The translations under genes and the position numbers were made by a program. From Camelus ferus (lineage: Eukaryota): DNA of 64,000 nucleotides. The notes beneath the pieces were generated by a model, which was not told the DNA's origin, made no database searches, and saw only the letters and a program-made list of their open reading frames with translations. This document shows, piece by piece, positions 1 through 12,246 of this stretch (positions are counted from its first letter, which is position 1; every line of letters begins with the position of its first letter). The stretch covers positions 23,872,001 to 23,936,000 of the forward strand of contig NC_045696.1 in the NCBI RefSeq assembly GCF_009834535.1, given 5' to 3'.

Positions 1-127
1 AAAGAATATGAAAAGGAATATATGTATGTATATGTATGACTGAAACATTATGCTGTACATCGGAAATTGACACAACATTGTAAATTGAATATACTTCAAT
101 AACATTCTTTCTCAAAATTTAAAATAA
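1..127 (+). mobile_element. LINE-1 3' end (artiodactyl/camelid-type L1 3' UTR), truncated by window start
   Basis: 'aaggaatatatgtatgtatatgtatgactgaaacattatgctgtaca...aaattgacacaacattgtaa...tatacttcaataa' matches the recalled L1 3' terminus, followed by an A-rich tail. Confidence 0.8.
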
Positions 128-212
128 ATTTTTAGAATGCCAAATGTAGTATCACAGTATTACCTTTTCAACATTCAAGATTCATTTAGGATAGTAGTTC
201 TAAATCACCTAC

Positions 213-587
213 TATAGTGAGTTGAATGATGGTCCCCCGAAAGATACGTCCACCTGGATCCTGTGGATGTGACATTACTCGGAAAAGCCATCTTTGTAGA
301 TGTAATTGAATCAAGAGTTCTGACATGAGATCGTCCTGAATTACCTAGGTTGCCCCCAAATTCAATGACAAGTGTCCTAATAACACATAGAAGGAAGAAA
401 GTCCAGGAGAGACACCCCTATGAAGACAAAGGTAGAAACTGGAATTATGTAGCCACAGGCTGAGGAAGGCTTGGACCCACCAGAAACTGGAAGAGGCAAA
501 GAAGGATTTTCCTCTAGAGTTTTCTAAAGGAGCACAGCCTTGCTGACAGCTTGGATTTCAGACTTTGGTTTCCAGAACTTTGACAGG
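213..587 (+). mobile_element. MaLR LTR (MLT1B/C/D-like), 3'-truncated at an A15 run
   Basis: Diagnostic MLT1 motifs: 'gttgaatgatggtccc', 'ctttgtagatgtaatt', 'ccaccagaaactggaagaggcaaagaaggatttt', 'ttggatttcagactttggtttccagaact'. Confidence 0.85.
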
Positions 588-3339
588 AAAAAAAAAAAAA
601 AACACTTCATGGACACAGGAGGCCTGGGATAGTTGAAAAGGTCAGAGTGGCCCTATCAGAACTCTTAAATCCCGCCAATAGGATGGGCCAAAAGAATACT
701 GAGCCAACGTAGTCTCTCTGGGAGCCCTCTACTGGACATTATGTTCAGCCAGACGCAACTGGCCATGAGGGATGAGCTCTATATAGACACTTGTCCAAAA
801 GCCAAGACCAGAACCAAAATACACTTAAAAGGTCAAGGCCAGACAGGTGAAGTTTATTAGGACACTTACCCAATGGCTTCATCTCATTGTGAATGTGAAG
901 AACATAGTGTAGTATGTAGCACATCCGGACAGAAATAAGCCCGCTTGCAAGAGAATTCTTTCAGGATTACATTCTACCTGTTTTTCTCTCTTGGGAACAG
1001 CAGAATCACAAGGCTAGTATGGAGCACCTACTAAGTCTAGGATTCACTCATCCAGCAAATACTCATTGAATCTGATGTTCTAGATGTCTGTCCATGGAGC
1101 CCCACTGTGGGTTCTTTAACTCAGGACTTTATGACATGGACAAATGGATGTGCTGATAGTGACTGACCCAAAGATTAATAATGAGAGCCATGTAGAGTTG
1201 GTCATGTGCCTCCCTGGACATGAGAAACTATATGCAAATATGGCATTGGTGTTTGCCACTCCATTTCCTGTAGAATAAGAAGCTAGGAATAATCTTTAAC
1301 CAGCATGGCTGAAAGAGAAGTGTTCTTTTTTCCTATTATTTTTTCCCTTACAAAGTCAGTTTTGAGATTTATGCTCCTTTCTTTAAAGAGCTTATTATCA
1401 ATCAAACTTACTCATTGTACATCCTTATTCCAAATGCAATATCTAATTATGTATATCTTCACTTGATTTTTATTAGGGATTTGTTTTTCTTCATGATTTC
1501 TTGGAGATTTCTGGGTGGAGCTTGGAGATCAATTCTCAGTGCTACACATACTTTATTGGGTGACTGTTGGATTAGCATTCTTATCTCTGGAGTGGTATGG
1601 AAAGGGTGCTTTAAATCCCCTTTGGTGAGAAAATTACTCCTTGCTCAGAAAGCGATGAGCAAAGAGACTCGCTCTTGGTCAAAATCTTGGGTGCCATGAT
1701 GCTTCCTGTTTGACAAAATTGACTGTCTCCTGAGCATTGGCTTATCAGCCTTCAGCATTCAGGGGTGATTTAAGCAGAAGCTGTACAGGTTAGTCACTTC
1801 ATAGCTAACCGTTTTCATGGGGTACAAAAGCATTGCTGTGGCTTTGGGGTGAAAAGGGTTGTGCTTTAGGAAGTCTTTACTAACTCGCTTGAAGTCTTAG
1901 GAATGTATTTCATAATTTATACTTTTAAAAAACTCATTGGTTCACTTATTTAAAAAATCAAAATAGTTTTCTAACCCTTGCCTATAGTTGTGTATACTTA
2001 TAACCTTACCAGCTCTTGTAGTGAAGTATCTGAGGTTTGCTGCCTAGAGGATATTTTCCTTTCATTGGCTGAAAGTAGCTCTTATTCACCATTAAATCTA
2101 AATTATCCAGGGATTAATCATTTATATACCACCTTTTCTCTCTTCCTCATCTTGCCTGCTTTGGACTTACTTTCTGCTTTTCCATCATTTATCTTCAAGG
2201 AGTGGAAAAAAAGCTGAAAGGCAAACCAGGTAACTTTACTGCTGAATTTAACTTTAAAGATGTGGCAATGGAATCAAATTTGATGGCTAGAATGGAAAGT
2301 TATCTCTGGATTGATTTACCCAGCCTAGCCCTGTTGCTCATTAGAACTGACACTCAAGTTGATTGTGGAGAAAAATGTCCTAATGTGCAGTTTAATTTTG
2401 AATAGCTGCCTTCTGGGGTTATAAGACTGCTGGCAAGCCCTGGGTGCACTTGTGGGCAGGCTAAGAAAACTGTTTCCCGAAAATGCGAAAAAGCGATGGT
2501 GGGAAAGCAACACTGTTGTCCCACTTTGAGAGTTCTTTCCAAGTAACGAAAATGTGCTTTGAAATCATTTGCAAAACAAAAATAATATGTGCTGAATCAT
2601 ACTATTCTCTGCCACTCAGTCCACTGTGCTGTTACTTGTAAATTTCTTTCTGGTTAAATAGCCATAGTTTTTAACACAAACAAAGATGAATCCAACTCAT
2701 TAAGGAGAGAGAGAAATGATTGGATTCCATTTACGAATGCTAATTAGAAGAGAGTAGAGTATTAAGAGTGTATTCAGTCCTTCTGTGCTGCACCGGGAAG
2801 GGGTCTTTAAAGGAACAGGTTATAAAGAAAACTGAGCTTGGCATGTGTCATAGTTTCATTAATTTGCAATGATATGCCTGCAACATAGCGGCCACATAAA
2901 GTATCACATATAGAGGGCCCTCATTTCTTCTTCTACAATATGATACGTGATCTTCTGCAGCTAATAGATCACAGATGGTGCTCTGCCCTACAGTGCAACT
3001 CTGAGAAGCCGTGTCCCCCGTCTCCCTAGCCCGTTGCCCTTAATTAACAGAAACAGGCAGGCTCCGAGTAAATGAAGGGTTCCATTTGAGAGAGTTTTCA
3101 AAATTACTCTTCTTTATTTTTTTTAAGCTCAAACTTTAAAAGATATTAACCATTTCAAGAGAAATTTTGCAGGAATGAATTGCACTCCACGGTGCTTGCT
3201 GCAGCCATGATTCTAACCACATCATGGAAATGTAGTAGACATTATAATAAACAACAATTGAAGCAGCCGGCAGGATGGCCCTGCCCTGGGGGGAATTGTA
3301 TGTCTAAATACCCACAGAAACACGATGCATTTTGACTTT

Positions 3340-3500
3340 AGACATTTACTCAACAAACACTTCCTGAGCATTTGTTATACTAGACATTATGCTAATTACT
3401 AGAACTATAAGGCTGCAAAGACATGAACCCTGCCCTCAAAAAGCTCACAGTCTCATGGGAGAGTGACAAATAAAGATGTGGCTTATAATTACCATTTAGT
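3340..3500 (-). mobile_element. L2 3' fragment
   Basis: 'catttactcaacaaacacttcctgagc...ccctgccctcaaaaagctcacagtct' is the typical reverse-complemented L2 tail. Confidence 0.7.
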
Positions 3501-4274
3501 AAATGCTCCTAGTAGATACAAAAATTGAGCTTTCCTGGGAGACCTAAGGCATAATTCTTCATTGTCTTGAAAATACCTGTATTACTCCGTCTGATTATAG
3601 ACATATAGGGAAAAGTTTACAAAATATGGAAAAGTGTAAAGAAGGAAATAAAACCACTTGGAAGCTCATTGTTGAGTAATAATCTCTAATGAGGGTGGAT
3701 ATATTTTTCTTCTAGATTGTTAAGGAGATTATTTATATGATTGGTGTGTTTTTTCTTCTCCAGGTTGTCTTCTATGCAGCTGACCCCTAGTCTACCTACC
3801 TGTTCTGCCCACCTCATAATTTCCTGCTTTTTGTATCACTATTGGTTGGGAAATCAGACAACCAAACTTGTTCCAATGGTGTCTATAAGAAGAATAAATT
3901 ACACTGAATGCAGGACTGAGGGCCTCTTCTCAGAGAAAAGAGCATGAGCCTTAGCACATGGTTTCTATTTTGGATGCTCAGAGGCCTTTTTTCCCCCTCG
4001 CTTCCTGGGTTTCAGCTGTGTTCCTGGTACTTGAGGTTATTGGATAGGTGACCTCTCCATAAGTGAGCTGCTTTTTTCTAAATGTAGTTCCTGACTTTTA
4101 GAAACTAATGAGAATTTGGCAATGCCTGGCTATCAATAGCTTGTCACTACTAAGCAGGGAGCAAAAATGGTCTCAATTTCAAGCCTCTACTTCAGCCCTG
4201 GAGGAGCCTGAAAATCTGGGCATAAAAGACAGGTGGCAATTGGAACCCGATGCTAATTTATATTTGCCTTCATC

Positions 4275-4474
4275 TAAAGTTGCCAGATAAAATATAGGAG
4301 ACCCGTTCAATTTGAATTTAAGTAAATGATGGGTAATTTTTTTAGTGTAAGTGTGTCCCAGGCAATAATAGGAACACACTTACACTACTATATATACATG
4401 CGTATACATTGTTTACCTGAAATCCAAATCCAGCTGGATGTCCTGTATTTTTATTGCTACATCTGGCAACTCAA
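4275..4474. mobile_element. MER53 non-autonomous hAT DNA transposon (palindromic MITE)
   Basis: Terminal inverted repeats 'gttgccagat...atctggcaac', ~200 bp, internal palindrome with perfect 14-bp arms (4343-4356 / 4374-4387). Confidence 0.85.
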
Positions 4475-4744
4475 CCTCCATCCTCTCCAGGTATCCAGTC
4501 ACCACAACCAGACCCTTCTCCCTCTTTCCCCTCCTGTCTTCACACTCACAAGTCTAGCCAGAAGGGCTCAGTTCAGTTGATTTGATTTCACTTTCTATTT
4601 GGTCACGTTCCAAGCAGTTTAAACATCTGGGTCTGGCATATTTTTTGATAGAATAATATCTTTCAAATAAAAGAAATGCCTTAACATAAATACAGAACCC
4701 TATTCTAAACCAATTCAATTGAGGTCAAAGCATGTGTCTGTGTG

Positions 4745-4780
4745 GTGTGTGTGTGCGTGTGCACGCATGCACACGCGCAC
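4745..4780. repeat. 36-bp alternating purine-pyrimidine tract (GT/GC/AC), self-complementary
   Basis: gtgtgtgtgtgcgtgtgcacgcatgcacacgcgcac seen directly. Confidence 0.9.
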
Positions 4781-5164
4781 CATCGTTGAGATTTAAAAAA
4801 AAATATTTTCCGTTTTAAACTCATAATCTGAGTCATAAAGTTTTGAACAGAAAGTTTTAGACATTTCTAATAAAAGTTAAGTTTCAAAATTATGGGAGAA
4901 AAATACTGAAAAATAAACTGTTCTTTTTTTAAATGCCTTTTGAAAGATTCTAAAACCATAGCTGAGGGAATGAATCTATTAATTCCTTTAAAGCCACTGC
5001 TAACAGTAAGCCAAGTGCATCCAGACGATTGATCTACTTTTCCTCCTGATGATGACAATGATGATGATGCTTTTTAGAAAATGCTTTTTTTAGAATTAGA
5101 GAACCAGGGGTGTTTTCTCATTTAATGTTTAAAACTCTGAGTTACTCTCTTATACTAAGGCCAA

Positions 5165-5380
5165 AATAAAGCGTGGATTCTAGAGTTCATCCTGGGTTAG
5201 AATTCTTCCTCTGACCCTTACTTACTAAGACTGGAGATATCACTTAAATGCTTTGAGCTCCAACCCTAATATCTGAACAAGGAGGTAGCAATTAATTAGG
5301 ACGAATTAATGAGGACTAAATGAGGTAATATAGATGAAATTGTCGGGCCTCACACAATGCGTACCCAGCAAATGTCACTG
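5165..5380 (+). mobile_element. MIR SINE
   Basis: 'gcgtggattctagag...cctgggttagaattc...tcacttaa...gaggactaaatgaggtaatatagatgaaa' follows the MIR layout. Confidence 0.7.
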
Positions 5381-7204
5381 TCCATTCTTTGGGGGATGTA
5401 ACTGCTGTTAGTCACTAAAACATTTGGCAAGTAGAGGGGCATACGTTTCCACAGTTGATCCTTGCTTCTGGTGATAAATCTTGGACTGCATCACTCAAGT
5501 CCTTCTTCCTTCTTTTCCCTTTATTCTACATATCATAACACATGTAAAGTTATTTTGTAGTTCTTAAACTTACAATGTTCCTTTCACTTCTTGCCAAATG
5601 CCAAAGCCATATATAGAAGATGGTTTTCTCTTCTGCTTTGAATCTATCAAGTTATCTGATGGCTAATAGGACAGAGGCCTTGCATCCAGGGAATATTTTG
5701 TATACCTTCATCTTTCCTCTGAAAAATATGTACTGTATGTACCTACTAATTTTTTTCCATTCTTGATCAAAGAAAAGTATTATGGCCTCTTTTCACCTAA
5801 AAAAACCAAAAAACAAAAAAACAAAAAAACCAGCCAACTGTACAAAGGTTTTATGTAAGGTTTTACTTAAAGATAAAATAAGTAGATCTACATACAGCTT
5901 TCCTGGCTCTTCCAGCACCCACTTCTCCAATGCAGTGCAGGAACCACTGGGACATGTTTTACAGTGAACAGGAGCATGGATCACCAAAGTTCTCCGCTTT
6001 TCTCTTCTATTAGAGCAATCTCATACAATGAACCCGCACATCATGAATGTCCTGTATATTTTGTCTCATGTTACTTTAAAAATACTGGAACACTGACATT
6101 TCGTATTAGGATCATTTCACTCACATTTGTGACCACTTCTCTGTATAGGAACTGGGAGAAGGAAAGAAAGACCTAAATCTATCCACCAGAAGAGTTCAGC
6201 CATTTCCGATGGGGTGGGAGTCAGAGGGAGTGATCTCAGAAACCAAAGGAAAGAGGAGAGCTGTAGTTCAGTGCCCTGGAGCCAGCCAGAGGGCCTGGGT
6301 GGGAAGGGGGTTAATGGATGTGGGTGTGGTTTGCCAGCTAATTATGGGAAGCCGACCAAACAACCCTAATTCACATGTTAATTGAATGATCCATCAAAAT
6401 AAAACTTTGGAACTCAAACGCATTGTTCTAGGACCCCAGGCTGAGTACACCAGAGAAACAACATTTTAACCCTCATTTTGCGGTAAGGGTTTTTTTGTCT
6501 CTGAATCACATTCTACACACAGCAGATTTTTCCAGGTAGAAGAAATATCTTTCAATTTTAGGCAACGCCAGTTCCAATTTCACTGACTTTGGGAATACAA
6601 GGTTGCCCGTGTAGCACAGGTGGAAGGATGCTGCTGGGAGGAGCGTCCCAGCCTGAAGTGGTCTTGGTGTTAGGGCCTGGACCTCTGGGATCCTGCCTCT
6701 TTCCCCATATGGGGGTGACTGAGAGTGCTGGGGTGTTGAGTGCCCTAACTTTGAGGTGTAAGCAGAAATGTTACAGAAGCCCTAGCTCAGTCTAACATAG
6801 AATGAGCGACCCTTTCACTACTCATGACCCTCCACCGTCAGTCACAGAGCCACAGGCTCAATTTCCCTTATATTGCATGGAGAGATTTTCCTGGTGGCCA
6901 TGACAGCAGTGGTCATGGAAACAGCATTTTAACCTTAAAGAATTTCTTCCATGAATCTAAGAGCCAACCACCAGAGAGTCCTAGATTTCTAGCCATGGCA
7001 GCCAGCAGCAAATACTAACACATGTCCCTGGAGATGTTAGAAATATTTGAAGAGGGAAACTGCAAAACCCTTGACTTCCTACAGTTAAACAAAGGATAGC
7101 TCTGGCAAATAAAAGAATATTAATATCAATGAGAATATCTCTGTACACACTGGTGGTTGGAGTCCACAATACTTGAGTTACATTTAAATTTGTATCCCCA
7201 CATG

Positions 7205-7340
7205 TTTATTTATTGATGCTTCAAAGAAACATTATTGAGCATCTACTACATGTTAAACACTATGCTGTGCTTTGGGGACAAAGTAGAAATAAGATAGACA
7301 TGGTCTGTAACTTCCCTTGATAAAATTTTTAGTCTAGCTT
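7205..7340 (-). mobile_element. L2 3' fragment
   Basis: 'attattgagcatctactacatgttaaacactatgct...ggggacaaagtagaaataagatagacatgg'. Confidence 0.7.
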
Positions 7341-7949
7341 TTGTGTAACTCCAAGGAAATTTTACTGTTTTAAAATAACCTTTTAATTGATTTAAGGCAT
7401 TGAAATCGAAGGACTAAAATAAAATCTTGTAAGTCTGTATAACAGCTAGTCATAGATACCACATTTAGTGTGTAGAAATACTGATGATTGCTACTGTCTT
7501 CTAAAATATGTCTTCTAAAATAGTGACACAGTGCAGTTTCTTATATGCTCTTGTCTATAAAATGGTCCTTCTCCTCCGAGTGAGATGCTCAGCAGCTAGC
7601 TTCTGTTTCACAACTTCAGCTTACAGGAATGAAAGGGACACCTGGCCAGCGATCCAGATGAACTAAATCCACCTCAGCAATCAAATGAGCAGCAGACAGT
7701 GCAGCCAAAGCATCCTCCCATCCAAAAGGTTGATGTTAGATATTTCTAATTTAGGAAAGACAGGTCAAATTATTTTCCAACTCCAGAGTCTCATAAATAA
7801 AAAATCACTATTCTATTCTATGATAAATATGTTTGCTTAGAGTACTACCTACAATGTGAAATATAGCTTAGTCATTTGGATCCTCCTTAATGGTATTATG
7901 TACATGTCAACACCTGCCATGACAGGCATTAAAAATCAGTCAAATAAAA

Positions 7950-8720
7950 TAAATGGTTATTAGCACTTATGATATGTTAGATTCCACTGGGCAGCAAGAA
8001 TTTATTCATCCCTTTGAAGGGAGAAATAGAATGAATAGACAGTATGGTTCAGACTCTCAAAAAATTTATAATCTTGTCAGGAAGATAAAAATTAAAACAC
8101 ATGAAACAAGAGTTAACAAGAGTAAAAAATGAAAATCAACAGTAAATATAAAAAAGCATATAATCAAATACTGAAGTATGGCAGGAGCTAAGGAAAATCA
8201 AATAAAATTCCCTGAAGGTAGCAATAGTTCAAGAATGTTTCCCAGCCTAGATTGCATTTATGCTAAGCCTTAAGAACATGGCAAGTATTTCATAGGTACC
8301 AATAAACTTAGGAAATTTTAAGTGGGGCACATAAGTTGTAGGTATGAACTTGCTGTGCTTCTGGAGCAATCAGTAGACTAATGTAACTTGAAGGAAAGAC
8401 GAGATACGATCACTAGGAAGAGTGGATGCTTTAGGGAGGACTTGAAAGCTAAGCAGATGCATTTTAACATGGGTAGTGAGCAATAAGCCACAGCAGGTTT
8501 TGGTGCAGAGGAAGCACATTCTGTAATCAGTGGTTGTAGAAGAATTAATCTGACAACTGTGTGAGGGTCTGAGGTGAGAAGGACAAGTCAGGGAAAAGAG
8601 TACGCATGGTCACTGGTCAGTAATGAGCCATTATTCCATATATAAAATGCTAGGATTGTCTGATTTGTCAGCATGAATGGATAAGAGTTCAAGTTAGAGA
8701 AGAGTAATTAAAAGAACAAC
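7950..8720 (-). mobile_element. Highly diverged L2 fragment(s)
   Basis: 'cagactctcaaaaaatttataatct', 'gagcaataagccacagcaggttttggtgcagagg', 'agaagaattaatctgacaactgtgtg' resemble reverse-complemented L2. Confidence 0.5.
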
Positions 8721-10260
8721 TCAGGGATTGAGCAGGGCTAGGGATAGCGGTGAGTTTAGGAAATGTGAATTAGAAGAAAACAGGAGATGGGATGTCTGCT
8801 ATTTGGAAGGTCCTGGGTAACACATGCTTTATGTTGAGGAAACTCTCTTGGAAATCTTGTTAATAAGCAATAATTGGAGGGCCTTAAAAAATTATTAGCA
8901 AGGCTCTGACTCTGAATGACCTATACCAACCTAGTGAAATGCACACATCATGGAGCAATGTTTAGAGAAAAGAGGAATATTGAGGTCAATGTAAAACCCT
9001 ATATCCACAAACAGGTCATTATCTGAGATCATTCTAGATCAAAATGTGAAAAATGCACCATGTTCAAATTAGTATGCAAAATAAAACATCAGCGTGGAGT
9101 GAATTTATGTGATTATACCATGAATAATTCATTAATACAGCAATACAATTAGCTTCTTATAATATAATGATATAACTACTGCATTCGTATACAGTAGGCC
9201 TGACCCAAACTGCTATAATAGCAAGAAGTTTGAAAGCAGAAGAAAGCCCTAAATGTCTCAAACCCAAAGGACACAGTGAAATTTGCTGCTAATGGGACAA
9301 AAAAGTAATAAGGAGTCAGGACAAGTTCATGCCTAAAATTGGTAAAAAATGGTGTGATTTTTTTTTATGTGAGCATTTTATCAGACATCAAACAAAAATT
9401 ACTTTATTAGTATAAGATCTAATTGATACGTTAATAAGTAATCTCAACACATTTTTAAAATTACTGTATATAAAGCATGTAGTTAATAGTTGGATAGCTA
9501 GCTATTCTGAATAGCTAGCATCTTAACTATAGAAAAATCTTTCTCAAACTTCCAGAAGGTGGAAATCCAGGGATTGAACACACACAAGATAATGAATGCT
9601 TGGGTTGGATAAATAAGTAACTGGCATCTGAAGTTTGCTTTAACAGAACCATTACTTTGAAGAATAGAGGTTCAATTCACTTTAAAGTCCTACTTTAGTC
9701 ATTTTTATAATGAAATTATATCTCTCCTGGACTTCCACTGTGTTGGTTTAGGCTGAGCTTGCCTATTATAGATACTCTGTGTGAGTTTCCTTGGAACTTA
9801 ATTTTTCTGTTCTTCTTTAAGGGTCCCCATACTTTCAGCAGAGTAAAATCCAGCAGAGTGAAATATCTGAACATAGCTTCAGCTAACTTCTAGTTGGTCT
9901 TGCTTCATTACTAATTAATGGACAATGGTAAAATATGTAAATTAAGAATAGTAAAGCAGAATGCTCATTTTTTCGAAGTACACCAAAAATAATCAAATGT
10001 TCTTGTCACTATTTTTGTTATCATCCATGTCAGTGAACCTTTTTATGGTGGGGACCTGGAGAGGAGCGAAGTTGCAGTGAGCTTTGAGGGGACACTTTAA
10101 GTGAAATCATACATCTCAAGCACAATTCAAGTTTACATTGACTTTCCCACAATAGTAGTTTCAGTTACTCATTGTATTTCAAAGCTAAAATAATCAGTGA
10201 TACATCATTATCTATCTCTTGCACATTGTGTGATAATATATATGGCAGTGAAAAAATATC

Positions 10261-10587
10261 TGTCTTAGTTAATTTGGGCTGCTACCATACACTTACTTCT
10301 CACAGTTCTGGAGGCTGTGAAGTCCAAGATCAAGGTGCTGGAAGATTCAGTGTCTGGTGAGGACTAGATTCCTGGCTTATAGACAGCAGTCTTTGTGTCC
10401 TTACATGGCAGAGAATGTGAGCTAGGCCCCTGGTCTCTTCTCATAAGGATACTAATCTCATTCATGAGGGTTCTACCCTAATGACCTAATTATCTCCTAA
10501 AGACCCCATCTTTAAATCTCATTATATTAGGAGTAAGGATTTCAACATACAAATTTAGGGTGGACACAAATCATTTAATCCATAACA
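10261..10587 (-). mobile_element. MaLR solo LTR (MLT1A-like) with a short internal deletion
   Basis: TG...CA ends ('tgtcttagtt'...'cataaca'); 'ctcacagttctggaggctgtgaagtccaagatcaaggtg', 'ataaggatactaatctcattcatgaggg'. Confidence 0.9.
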
Positions 10588-10589
10588 TC

Positions 10590-10830
10590 TATTGTCAGAA
10601 CTATATGACAGGTAGTATCATATGTTTTTTTGTACACATAATCTGCTTTAATTCCCACAAAAATCCTCTGAGAGGCACATCCATTTCTTATAATATTGAA
10701 GAACAAATATCTTATAAAATCTATCTATTGAGAGACATTTAAATAGCTGAAGAAAATACACACACATGTGCAAACTAAGCCAAAGTATGAATCCAGAGCA
10801 AAGAGTGCTGACTAACCTACGGGTGATTTC
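10590..10830 (-). mobile_element. MIR SINE, diverged
   Basis: 'tttaattcccacaaaaatcctctgagag...tgaagaacaa...gtatgaatccag'. Confidence 0.5.
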
Positions 10831-10879
10831 CAGAACCATCTGAGCATGAACCTTGATATTAATAGACTATCCTTGATTA

Positions 10880-11060
10880 TAAGAGACAAAACTAGGGATC
10901 TCTAAGATGGAGAACTGGGTCAGGACTCCACATAAAGCTAGAACTCCAAAAAGATCCTCAGTGAAAAGCTAGGAACAAAATAAAACAAAATAACTCTGTC
11001 TTGTAAAAGTTGTCCACCAGGAAAATAAACTCTGTACTTTGTCTTGGTGAAAGGTAAAAA
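10880..11060 (+). mobile_element. Probable 5' part of an old L1M/HAL1 element, interrupted by the L1MB that follows
   Basis: Sequence style continues at 13130 after the L1MB; weak similarity only. Confidence 0.35.
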
Positions 11061-12112
11061 TAAATAAATAAATAAAAACAAATCTAAACTAATAAACAAA
11101 TTTAACCAATTGCAGGATACAAGATCAACATGCAAAAACAATGAACAGTCTGAAAATAAAACATTAAAAAATTACAGTAGCATTAAGAAGAACAGAATAT
11201 TTAGGAATAAATTTAACCAAGAGGTACTATCTGTACCTGTATACTAAAAACTACAAAATATTGCTGAAAGAAATTTAAGCAGATGTAAATAAATGGAAAG
11301 ATATTTAGTGTTTATGAATTGGAAGTCAATAATATTAAGATGGCAATACTACCTAAAATGATTTACAGATTCAATCCACTCCCTATCAATAGCCCAATGG
11401 CATTTTTTTTTCTAGAAATGGAAATGCTGATCCTCAGATGCAAATAGAATTGCATGGGGCCTTGATTAACCAACATAATATTGAAAAAGAAGAACAGAGT
11501 TAAAGGTTATACACTTGAAGTCAAAACTGACTCTAAAGCTACTGTAATCAAAACAGTGTGGTAATGACACAAGGACAGACATAGAATCCAGTGGATAGAA
11601 TTAAGTCAGAAATAAACCCATACATCCATGGACAATTAATCTTCAACATGGGTTCAGCACCATTCAATGGAGAAAGAATAGTCTGTTCAACAGTTGGTGT
11701 TAGGACAACTGATATCCACATACAGAAGAATGAAGTAGGACCCCTACCTCACACCTTATACAAAAATAACTCAAAATGGATCAACAACCTAAATATGATG
11801 AACAAACTATAAAACTGTTAGAAGAAAACATGCAAATAAATCTTGATCTTAGATTTAGCAATGGATTCTTGGGTATGACACTGAAAGCACAAACAACAAA
11901 GGGGCAAAATGGATAAACTGGACTTAATCAAAATTAAAAACTTTCATGCATCAAAGCGTACTATCAAGAAAGTGAAAATGCAAACTATGGAGTGGGAGAC
12001 AATGTTTGCAAACCATATCCCCTGATAAGGGTCTAGTATCCAGAATATGTAAAGAACTCTCACAGCTTAACAACAAAATGACAAACAACCAAGTTTAAAA
12101 ATGGGCAAATGA

Positions 12113-12246
12113 AAATAAGTAAATAAATAAACCTAATTATCCCCACCAAAAAAACCCAAAATAATAAAAATAAAATTTAAAAATCTACAAAAGAAAACTG
12201 TTAAAAAAGTAAGCATGCAAACTAACAAAAAAAAAAGAGTTGAAAA
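12113..12246 (+). mobile_element. 5'-truncated camelid SINE (Vic-1-type tail only) inserted into the L1MB
   Basis: 'aaataaataaacctaattatcccc' plus A-rich tail, same tail as the full copies; flanked by 16-bp TSD aaaaatgggcaaatga (12097-12112) / aaaaatgagcaaatga (12247-12262). Confidence 0.8.
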
